Origin: Spirochaetales bacterium
GTDB taxonomy: Bacteria > Spirochaetota > Spirochaetia > Sphaerochaetales > Sphaerochaetaceae
Direction: 5' to 3'
Assembly: GCA_012838895.1 (NCBI GenBank)
Contig: DUOJ01000112.1
Coordinates: 5,398-69,397 of the forward strand
DNA length: 64,000 nt
The notes under the pieces were generated by a model. It was not told the DNA's origin and did not search any database. It worked only from the letters and a program-made list of their open reading frames with translations. This document shows positions 10,272-16,967 of the stretch, in pieces. The translations under genes and the position numbers were made by a program. The stretch's first letter is position 1, and every line of letters begins with the position of its first letter.

Positions 10272-10300
10272 AATATACGCACAAAGGGGGAGGCGGTCAA
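10272..10300 (-). promoter_or_regulatory. Sigma-70-type promoter for groES
   Basis: The minus strand reads TTGACC-N17-TATATT (GGTCAA at 10295-10300, AATATA at 10272-10277), about 60 nt upstream of the groES ATG. Confidence 0.5.
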
Positions 10301-10359
10301 GCAAGTGCTCCTTTCCTTTTGGTCATTCCTTTAGTATATTGGGTGGAGTGAGGGAAAAT

Positions 10360-10890
10360 ATGGTCGACAAGAGTGGTTTAAACTACCATAAAGCATTGAA
10401 CGTCTGTGTAGCACGCCTTGAAAATGATGAAGAGGAGAATCCTCTCAATGTTGCTAAACGCTTTTTCAGATTGGGGGTTGTTTTAAGTCATTTGGGGGAG
10501 TTGGGCAAATCGATCGATTGTTTCAATACCGCCTTTACAATGCGTGACAGAGAGTTTGAGGTGGAGAGCAGTAACTCACAGTGGCGTAAATTTCACGACT
10601 ACCAGATGGCGACCTATATTTTGGGTAAACAACGCAAGTATATCGCCTCTTTAGCCGAAGGAGATATGGTTCACGACCTAATTAAGCAACGCTGGCTAAA
10701 ATTACTAGATGAGATAGAAAACTCTGAAATTCCTTTTAGGGGTAACGATTTAAGTCAATGGTTTAAGAGTGTAAAGATTGACTTTCCTTGGAGCCAAGAG
10801 GACCTCGAAGAGCTCTTTGCAGGCGAGGGGGGACAACTTGAGGAGGAGGAATTGTTAGAGTGTGTAAAAATTACACAACAAATGGGGTAG
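10360..10890 (+). CDS. Hypothetical protein (176 aa, helical, acidic C-terminus)
   Basis: ORF 10339-10890 trimmed to ATG 10360, with GAGGG 8 nt upstream. I recognise no motif. It has ordinary codon usage and ends 166 nt before the sigma-factor gene. Confidence 0.55.
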   Translation: MVDKSGLNYHKALNVCVARLENDEEENPLNVAKRFFRLGVVLSHLGELGKSIDCFNTAFTMRDREFEVESSNSQWRKFHDYQMATYILGKQRKYIASLAEGDMVHDLIKQRWLKLLDEIENSEIPFRGNDLSQWFKSVKIDFPWSQEDLEELFAGEGGQLEEEELLECVKITQQMG

Positions 10891-11012
10891 AAAAGGGTCG
10901 TGTAACTTTTTGTCTCACTTTCTCCCTATAATAGATTTTTATAAAGTTAATATAAAATAGCTATCTCTATACATATCATATAAATATAAATAAATTAAGA
11001 CTCACCATAATA

Positions 11013-11030
11013 TTGGCACGAATAATGCTT
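11013..11030 (+). promoter_or_regulatory. Sigma-54 (-24/-12) promoter upstream of the RpoS-like sigma gene
   Basis: TTGGCACGaataaTGCTT: GG at 11015-16 and GC at 11027-28 are separated by exactly 10 nt (consensus TGGCAC-N5-TTGCW). The AGGAGG RBS at 11044-49 and ATG 11057 follow. Confidence 0.6.
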
Positions 11031-11056
11031 GTTATTAGTTAACAAGGAGGAATGCC

Positions 11057-11926
11057 ATGAAACGTAAAAACAACATCTTAAACGCTAATGATTCTTTTGA
11101 TGATGAAAACATCCTCTCTCTATACTTAAAAGAGATTAACCGAATCCCCCTGCTAACTAGGGAGGAGGAAGATACATTGGCCCGTAAGGCGGCTGAAGGC
11201 GATGAGATTGCCCGTAAAAGGATGATAGAAGCGAACCTCCGTTTTGTCGTTAACCAAGCTAAACGCTACCAAAATCAGGGAATACCTCTTATTGACCTGA
11301 TTAATGAGGGTAACATTGGATTGATGAATGCCCTCGATAAATACGATGTTGACCGGGGTTACCATTTTATAAGCTATGCTGTCTGGTGGATTCGCCAATC
11401 AATCCTAAAGGCCATTTGTGAGAAGTCGAGAACTGTCCGTCTTCCACTCAACCGTGCCAACGAGCTGGTTCAAATTCAGAAAGCTCAACACTCCCTGTTG
11501 AATGAGAATGGGGAAGAGCCGACGAATGAGGAGATTGGAGAGGCTCTCCAACTCGACCCAACGTTAGTGGGCGACCTCCTCTCGATTAGTCGTGATATGG
11601 TCAGTTTAGATGCACCGGTCTTTGGGGACCCTGCCAACTCAACTGTGGGCGACTTTATCGAAGATGATTACCGCTCAGCTGAAGATATCTTGATGGAGAA
11701 GGCCCTTAGAGAAGATATCAACCAAGCTCTCGATGTTTTGAGCGATAAAGAGCGTGAGATCGTTGAGATGCGCTTTGGCCTTAACGGGGCAATTCCAATG
11801 TCCCTCAAAGAGATAGGGGAGATATTCAACCTAACCAAAGAGCGGATTCGCCAAATTGAGAAAAAGGCGATCGAAAGAATTAAGCAGCCAGACCATTTAG
11901 AGACGCTGCGATCATATACAGCCTAG
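11057..11926 (+). CDS. RNA polymerase sigma factor, group-2 sigma-70 family (RpoS-like, 289 aa)
   Basis: Region 1.2 (LYLKEINRIPLLTREEE), 2.1-2.4 (ANLRFVVNQAKRY...INEGNIGLMNALDKYD...GYHFISYAVWWIRQSI), region 3 (RTVRLPLN) and 4.2 (SLKEIGEIFNLTKERIRQIEKKA). There is no region 1.1 or non-conserved insert, so it is not the primary sigma. Confidence 0.85.
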   Translation: MKRKNNILNANDSFDDENILSLYLKEINRIPLLTREEEDTLARKAAEGDEIARKRMIEANLRFVVNQAKRYQNQGIPLIDLINEGNIGLMNALDKYDVDRGYHFISYAVWWIRQSILKAICEKSRTVRLPLNRANELVQIQKAQHSLLNENGEEPTNEEIGEALQLDPTLVGDLLSISRDMVSLDAPVFGDPANSTVGDFIEDDYRSAEDILMEKALREDINQALDVLSDKEREIVEMRFGLNGAIPMSLKEIGEIFNLTKERIRQIEKKAIERIKQPDHLETLRSYTA

Positions 11927-11936
11927 AGTCAACCAA

Positions 11937-11964
11937 CCCTCTCTGCATTGACAGAGAGGGTTTT
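11937..11964 (+). terminator. Rho-independent terminator after the sigma gene
   Basis: CCCTCTCTG-cattga-CAGAGAGGG followed by TTTT. Confidence 0.7.
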
Positions 11965-12033
11965 CTCATATAAATTAAGCCATTGCAAAATAATGAATAG
12001 AAATTGTAACCCCATGTTAGGAGGATCTTTTTG

Positions 12034-14736
12034 ATGGGAAAAAGTGAAAAAAAGTATGTCTACTATTTCGGGCAGAAAAAAGTAGAAGGGACTGCCAAAA
12101 TGCGCGATTTGCTAGGTGGCAAAGGTGCCAACTTAGCCGAAATGATTTCAATTGGTTTACCAGTCCCTCCCGGATTTACGATAAGTACTGAGGCTTGTGC
12201 CTACTACAGTGCCAATAATGGAGAATATCCTGCAGGATTAAGGGAAGAGGTTTTGGCTCAACTGAGTCTGTTAGAAGAGGAGATGGGGGCCAAATTGGGC
12301 GACCCTGCCAATCCCCTTCTAGTCTCTGTCCGCTCTGGTGCTGCTTCTTCGATGCCTGGTATGATGGATACCGTTCTCAACCTTGGATTAACCCCCGAGT
12401 CGGCCCAAGCACTCGCTGATAAGAGTGGCAATCCCCGCTTTGCTTGGGACAGCTACCGCCGCTTTATGCAGATGTTTGGTGACGTTGTCATGGGTGTTCC
12501 CCACGAAAAATTTGAGAAAGCACTCCAAGACGTTAAAAATGAGCGCAACAAAGTTGCCGATACCGACCTCGATGTCGACGACCTACTAGAGGTTGTTAAG
12601 AGGTATCGCGAACTCTACAAAAAAGTTGTCAACGAAGATTTCCCTACCGACCCAATTGACCAGCTTTTCAAATCAATTAACGCAGTATTTGATTCATGGA
12701 ACAACGACCGGGCTATTAAGTATCGTCAGATGAACGATATTCGAGGCTTGCTAGGGACGGCTGTTAACGTTCAGGCGATGGTCTTTGGTAACATGGGAGA
12801 GAGTAGTGGAACGGGCGTTGCCTTTACCCGTGACCCCTCCTCCGGTGACAACCACTTCTACGGTGAATACTTGATGAATGCTCAAGGTGAGGACGTTGTC
12901 GCGGGGATTAGAACCCCCCTCCCCATTGAGACCCTTAAAGAGTCAAATGAAACAATCTTCAACGAATTGATGGGGATTCGTTCAATCTTAGAGAAACACT
13001 ACCGCGATATGCAAGATATCGAATTTACCATCCAAGAGGGGAAACTCTACATCCTCCAAACCCGTAGTGGTAAGAGGACCGTCTTTAGCTGGCTAAGGAG
13101 CCAAGTTGAGATGGTTGAAGAGGGGCTCATCACCAAGGAAGAGGCTGTTGGGCGCATTCCTGCCGGTGAGTTCAATAAACTCTTCGCCCCCGTTCTTGAT
13201 AGCGATTATATTGCCAAACAAGGGATAAAAGTTGTCTCACGTGGCCTCAATGCCAGCCCCGGTGGGGCCTCTGGCCAAATCTTCTTCACCGCCGACAAGG
13301 CTGAAGAGATGGCAGCTCAAGGCCTCGATGTGATTTTAGCTAGAATTGAGACCAGCCCCGAAGATATTGGGGGAATGGCAGTCTCCAAAGGGATTATTAC
13401 CACCCGTGGTGGGATGACAAGCCACGCTGCTGTTGTCGCCCGTGGGATGGGGTGTCCGTGTGTCTCGGGTGCCGGTGATATCATGATTGATTATAAGAAA
13501 GGGACCCTTTCGGTTAACGGCCTTAACCTCAACGAGGGGGACTTCATCTCACTCGATGGTTTTACCGGTGAGGTTTTTGGGGAAAAAATCCCCGTAAAAC
13601 CCTCTGAGATTGTCCAAGTTCTCAATGGTAGCATGAAGAGAGAAGATTCTCTCCTCTACCAAGACTACGAAAAGTTTATGGGTTATGTTGACGAGATTAG
13701 GACGATGCAGGTGAGAACCAACGCCGATACCCCAACCGATGCTCAGATGGCTGTTGCTCTCGGTGCCGAGGGGATTGGACTTTGCCGAACCGAGCATATG
13801 TTCTTTGGTGGTCAGCGGATCATTAGTGTTAGGAAGATGATCTTAGCTAACAATACTATCGAGCGCGAGAAGGCCCTCAACGAACTTCTGCCGATGCAGA
13901 GGGTCGACTTTGAAGAGATCTTCACGGCGATGAATGGGATGCCGGTAACAGTGCGTCTTTTAGACCCACCGCTCCACGAGTTCCTCCCCAATGACCACAC
14001 CAGCCGCCACGAGATGGCTCTCCAACTCAGGGTTTCGGTTGAGGAAATTGCCCACAAGACAGCCCAACTCCACGAGTTCAACCCCATGTTGGGCTTCAGA
14101 GGGTGCCGCTTAGCAATTGTCTATCCAGAGATCTTGAAGATGCAGGTTAGAGCTATCATTGAGGCTGCCCTCAATGTTAAAGCTAAGGGGATTAAGGTTC
14201 GTCCTGAGATTATGATTCCTCTCGTGGGCCACTACAAAGAGTTTGAATTTACCAAACGCCACGCCATTGCGACAATCGAAGAGGTGTTTGCCGAGAAGGG
14301 GAGCAAGGTTGATTACTCCATTGGTACAATGATTGAGGTTCCTAGAGCCGCTGTCACCGCCGATGAGATTGCCAAGAGCGCCGAGTTCTTCAGCTTTGGG
14401 ACCAACGACCTTACCCAGATGGGGTGTGGTTTCTCCCGCGATGATTCAGCCAGCTTCTTAGGCCCCTATGTCAACGATATCGATAAGCAGTTCTACCACT
14501 ACGACCCGTTTGAGACAATCGATATTGACGGAGTAGGTAAGATGGTTAAGATGGCTGTTGACCTTGGACGTTCGGTCCGCAAAGACCTTAAATTGGGTAT
14601 TTGTGGTGAGCACGGAGGAGATCCTAAGTCGATTGCGTTCTTCAACTCTGTGGGACTCGATTACGTCTCCTGTTCCCCCTTTAGAGTGCCGGTTGCCCGC
14701 TTATCAGCGGCCCAAGCGGCCCTTGAGCAGAAATAA
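12034..14736 (+). CDS. ppdK: Pyruvate, phosphate dikinase
   Basis: About 900 aa. ATP-grasp N-terminus (LGGKGANLAEM), phospho-His domain GGMTSHAAVVARGMG, and PEP/pyruvate domain (GLCRTEHMF...FSFGTNDLTQ...GICGEHGGDP). ATG 12034 is preferred over TTG 12031 because AGGAGG lies 8 nt upstream. Confidence 0.95.
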   Translation: MGKSEKKYVYYFGQKKVEGTAKMRDLLGGKGANLAEMISIGLPVPPGFTISTEACAYYSANNGEYPAGLREEVLAQLSLLEEEMGAKLGDPANPLLVSVRSGAASSMPGMMDTVLNLGLTPESAQALADKSGNPRFAWDSYRRFMQMFGDVVMGVPHEKFEKALQDVKNERNKVADTDLDVDDLLEVVKRYRELYKKVVNEDFPTDPIDQLFKSINAVFDSWNNDRAIKYRQMNDIRGLLGTAVNVQAMVFGNMGESSGTGVAFTRDPSSGDNHFYGEYLMNAQGEDVVAGIRTPLPIETLKESNETIFNELMGIRSILEKHYRDMQDIEFTIQEGKLYILQTRSGKRTVFSWLRSQVEMVEEGLITKEEAVGRIPAGEFNKLFAPVLDSDYIAKQGIKVVSRGLNASPGGASGQIFFTADKAEEMAAQGLDVILARIETSPEDIGGMAVSKGIITTRGGMTSHAAVVARGMGCPCVSGAGDIMIDYKKGTLSVNGLNLNEGDFISLDGFTGEVFGEKIPVKPSEIVQVLNGSMKREDSLLYQDYEKFMGYVDEIRTMQVRTNADTPTDAQMAVALGAEGIGLCRTEHMFFGGQRIISVRKMILANNTIEREKALNELLPMQRVDFEEIFTAMNGMPVTVRLLDPPLHEFLPNDHTSRHEMALQLRVSVEEIAHKTAQLHEFNPMLGFRGCRLAIVYPEILKMQVRAIIEAALNVKAKGIKVRPEIMIPLVGHYKEFEFTKRHAIATIEEVFAEKGSKVDYSIGTMIEVPRAAVTADEIAKSAEFFSFGTNDLTQMGCGFSRDDSASFLGPYVNDIDKQFYHYDPFETIDIDGVGKMVKMAVDLGRSVRKDLKLGICGEHGGDPKSIAFFNSVGLDYVSCSPFRVPVARLSAAQAALEQK

Positions 14737-14740
14737 GAGA

Positions 14741-14764
14741 GGGGGGCTTCGGCCCCCCCCTTTT
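14741..14764 (+). terminator. Rho-independent terminator after ppdK
   Basis: GGGGGGC-ttcg-GCCCCCC(C) followed by TTTT, abutting the 3' end of the convergent tRNA-Thr. Confidence 0.75.
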
Positions 14765-14836
14765 AGCCAAAAGTGGGATTCGAACCCACGACCTGCGCAT
14801 TACGAGTGCGCTGCTCTACCCCTGAGCCATTTTGGC
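14765..14836 (-). tRNA. tRNA-Thr (anticodon CGU)
   Basis: The reverse complement GCCAAAATGGCTCAGGGGTAGAGCAGCGCACTCGTAATGCGCAGGTCGTGGGTTCGAATCCCACTTTTGGCT folds as a cloverleaf. Acceptor GCCAAAA/TTTTGGC, anticodon stem GCGCA/TGCGC, loop CTCGTAA, T-arm GTGGG-TTCGAAT-CCCAC. No encoded CCA. Confidence 0.9.
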
Positions 14837-14887
14837 ATGCCCGCAAAATTTAGCCCATTTTTCCCTAAAAGGCAAGGCTGAAGATGC

Positions 14888-14916
14888 TTGACGAAACCCC
14901 CTAGACCATCTAAGTT
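14888..14916 (+). promoter_or_regulatory. Sigma-70-type promoter upstream of the small ORF and tsaD
   Basis: TTGACG (14888-93) -N17- TAAGTT (14911-16). Confidence 0.45.
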
Positions 14917-14932
14917 AAGGCAATAATGAGGA

Positions 14933-15169
14933 GTGATTTTGAATAAGAAAAGTAGCGACAAAAATCCTACAGGGCCAACGATTCTCGAGAGGGTTGTCTT
15001 TATCTATGGAGATGGAGAGAACCGCGCCCGCTCTGGCCTCTCATGGACAGAAGATGTGGCCGATTTCTACATGGAAGTCTATCCCGATTTTTTCGAGGTA
15101 AGTCTCGGTCTTGAGAGACTCCCCTCACCCTATGATGGAGAAGAGTGGCTTGAGAGTTATTGGGATTGA
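14933..15169 (+). CDS. Small acidic hypothetical protein (~76-78 aa) overlapping the tsaD start
   Basis: ORF from the track. GAGGAG at 14928-33 favours TTG 14939 over GTG 14933 as the start. No recognisable motif. It ends inside tsaD in another frame. Confidence 0.35.
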   Translation: MILNKKSSDKNPTGPTILERVVFIYGDGENRARSGLSWTEDVADFYMEVYPDFFEVSLGLERLPSPYDGEEWLESYWD

Positions 15170-16154
15170 AACCTCCTGTGATGAGTGTGCTGTTGCCATC
15201 GTCGAAGATGGGAGTAAAATACTAAGCAATGTTGTTGCTACCCAGATTCCTCACCACACCCCCTACCAAGGGGTGGTTCCTGAAATCGCTTCCCGCCTCC
15301 ACACTGAATGGATAGTTCCCGTTACCCAGCGAGCACTCGATGAGGCCTCGCTAAATCTAGATCAAATTGACGCCATTGCTGTCGCTAATCGTCCGGGGCT
15401 CCTCGGCTCCCTTTTAGTGGGGGTCAGTTTTGCTAAAGGGTTAGCCGCCACTTTAGAGAAGCCCCTGATTGGAATTGACCACATCAGAGCCCACCTCTAT
15501 GCGTCTCAAATTGAGCACCCACTCCAATACCCCTACCTTGGTGTTCTCGTCTCAGGGGGACACACCATTATTTGTCGAGTTGAAGACTATGACACCTTAG
15601 AGGTGTTGGGAACCACTATCGATGATGCCATAGGGGAGGCTTTTGACAAGGTTGCCAAACACTACCAGATGGGTTATCCGGGAGGGGTAGTAATCGACCG
15701 CTTAGCTAAAGATGGCGACCCCCACGCCTTTCTATTTCCTGGTCCCAAGCTAAAAAGCCAACTCGACCTCTCCTACTCAGGGTTAAAGACAGCGGTCATT
15801 AACCAGGCAGAGCTCTTTAGAAGTGAAGGAGCTGAGGCAACACCAGAGAATATTGCCGCCTCTTTTCAACGCACCGCCATCAATATCTTGATGAAGAGGA
15901 TTAAACGAGCGCTAGAGGAGACCCAATTAACAAGGTTGGCAGTGGGTGGGGGAGTGGCCGCTAATAGCCTCCTAAGAGAAGAGGTACAAGCCCTTAAAGG
16001 GGTTGAGGTAGCCTTCCCCTCACCAAAGCTGTGCACCGACAACGGGGCCATGATAGCTGCGCTGGCTTATCGCTATTTAAAAGATGGGGTACAATCCCCC
16101 TTAACACTACAAACTATGGCTCGCGTTAAGGCCTTCAAAAAGAGCTATCCCTAA
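15132..16154 (+). CDS. tsaD: tRNA N6-adenosine threonylcarbamoyltransferase TsaD (Kae1/Gcp family)
   Basis: LRVIGIETSCDECAVAIV, metal-binding IDHIRAHLY, VLVSGGHT and C-terminal GGGVAANSLLR...CTDNGAMIA. The start is placed at ATG 15132/15135; TTG 15150 is possible. Confidence 0.9.
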   Translation: MMEKSGLRVIGIETSCDECAVAIVEDGSKILSNVVATQIPHHTPYQGVVPEIASRLHTEWIVPVTQRALDEASLNLDQIDAIAVANRPGLLGSLLVGVSFAKGLAATLEKPLIGIDHIRAHLYASQIEHPLQYPYLGVLVSGGHTIICRVEDYDTLEVLGTTIDDAIGEAFDKVAKHYQMGYPGGVVIDRLAKDGDPHAFLFPGPKLKSQLDLSYSGLKTAVINQAELFRSEGAEATPENIAASFQRTAINILMKRIKRALEETQLTRLAVGGGVAANSLLREEVQALKGVEVAFPSPKLCTDNGAMIAALAYRYLKDGVQSPLTLQTMARVKAFKKSYP

Positions 16155-16166
16155 GGAGGGGGAGTT

Positions 16167-16697
16167 ATGGAGAACTTTAATTTAGACAACTCAATTAGGA
16201 AAATACACGATTTCCCAAGGGCTGGAATCCTTTTTTATGATATCACCAGTATTCTCACCGACCCGCTAGCCTTCCGCTACTGTATCGACAAGATGTGTGA
16301 AATCTACAAAGATGAGAAGATTGACGCCATTGCGTGCGTTGAGGCACGGGGCTTTGTCTTTGCCGCCCCCTTCGCCTATAAGATGGGAATCCCCCTCATT
16401 TTAGTGCGCAAAAAAGGGAAACTACCAGGCAAAACTAGGGAGCGCAAATACAACCTTGAGTATGGCCAAGACTTTGTCTCAATTCATGAGAGCGATGTAG
16501 AACAAGGTCAGAGAATTTTAATTGCTGACGACCTGATAGCTACCGGTGGGACAATTAGAGCCGCCGCTGATCTAATTGAAGAGATGGGGGGAAAGGTGGC
16601 AGGAATCTTTGGGGTGATTGGATTGCCCTTCCTCGACTACGCCAAAGTCCTCCCCGAGTACAAGATTGAGACCCTTATCACCTACGATAGCGAGTGA
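16167..16697 (+). CDS. apt: Adenine phosphoribosyltransferase
   Basis: 176 aa with FPRAGILFYDITSIL, EARGFVFAAP and the PRPP-binding motif ILIADDLIATGGT. Confidence 0.9.
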   Translation: MENFNLDNSIRKIHDFPRAGILFYDITSILTDPLAFRYCIDKMCEIYKDEKIDAIACVEARGFVFAAPFAYKMGIPLILVRKKGKLPGKTRERKYNLEYGQDFVSIHESDVEQGQRILIADDLIATGGTIRAAADLIEEMGGKVAGIFGVIGLPFLDYAKVLPEYKIETLITYDSE

Positions 16698-16699
16698 GC

Positions 16700-16728
16700 T
16701 TGACAAAGGTGGCACTATTTAATACATT
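16700..16728 (+). promoter_or_regulatory. Sigma-70-type promoter for the tRNA-Gln/tRNA-Glu pair
   Basis: TTGACA (16700-05) -N17- TACATT (16723-28), about 19 nt before the tRNA-Gln 5' end. Confidence 0.5.
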
Positions 16729-16746
16729 CAACGGGAATTGAAGCGT

Positions 16747-16817
16747 TGGGATGTAGTGTAATGGTAACACTGCAGATTCTGGTTCTGCGTTTAGGGGTTC
16801 GAGTCCTCTCATCCCAG
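16747..16817 (+). tRNA. tRNA-Gln (anticodon CUG)
   Basis: TGGGATGTAGTGTAATGGTAACACTGCAGATTCTGGTTCTGCGTTTAGGGGTTCGAGTCCTCTCATCCCAG. Acceptor TGGGATG/CATCCCA (U1-A72 as in bacterial tRNA-Gln), anticodon stem GCAGA/TCTGC, loop TTCTGGT. No encoded CCA. Confidence 0.9.
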
Positions 16818-16828
16818 TTCTCGATTAT

Positions 16829-16900
16829 GGTCCCTTCGTCTATCGGTTAGGACGGGAGATTCTCAGTCTTCAAAGAGGGGTTCGATTCCCCTAGGGACTA
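16829..16900 (+). tRNA. tRNA-Glu (anticodon CUC)
   Basis: GGTCCCTTCGTCTATCGGTTAGGACGGGAGATTCTCAGTCTTCAAAGAGGGGTTCGATTCCCCTAGGGACTA. Acceptor GGTCCCT/AGGGACT, anticodon loop TTCTCAG, T-arm AGGGG-TTCGATT-CCCCT. No encoded CCA. Confidence 0.85.
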
Positions 16901-16907
16901 TCGAGGT

Positions 16908-16934
16908 GCCAGCCCAGTGGGCTGGCATTTTTAT
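16908..16934 (+). terminator. Rho-independent terminator after the tRNA pair
   Basis: GCCAGCCC-agt-GGGCTGGC followed by ATTTTTATT. Confidence 0.75.
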
Positions 16935-16967
16935 TGTTTACTATCTATTATTCAAATACTAGGAGTT

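Noticed and set aside
10927-10932. Isolated TATAAT in the AT-rich leader as a sigma-70 promoter for a long transcript of the sigma gene
   Set aside because: No acceptable -35 lies at 16-18 nt spacing: TTGTCT is only 11 nt away. It is kept as a side note in the sigma-54 finding rather than called as a feature.
14558-14881. 107-aa ORF running through the ppdK 3' end, its terminator and tRNA-Thr
   Set aside because: It reads straight across a terminator hairpin and the antisense of a tRNA gene, which is implausible as coding sequence.
16710-16728. TGGCAC hexamer upstream of tRNA-Gln as a second sigma-54 promoter
   Set aside because: No GC lies 10 nt downstream of the GG, and the hexamer sits inside the spacer of a good TTGACA-N17-TACATT sigma-70 promoter. 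A similar GG-N10-GC on the minus strand inside rplS (about 29103-29118) has CAGC instead of TTGC and points antisense into coding sequence.
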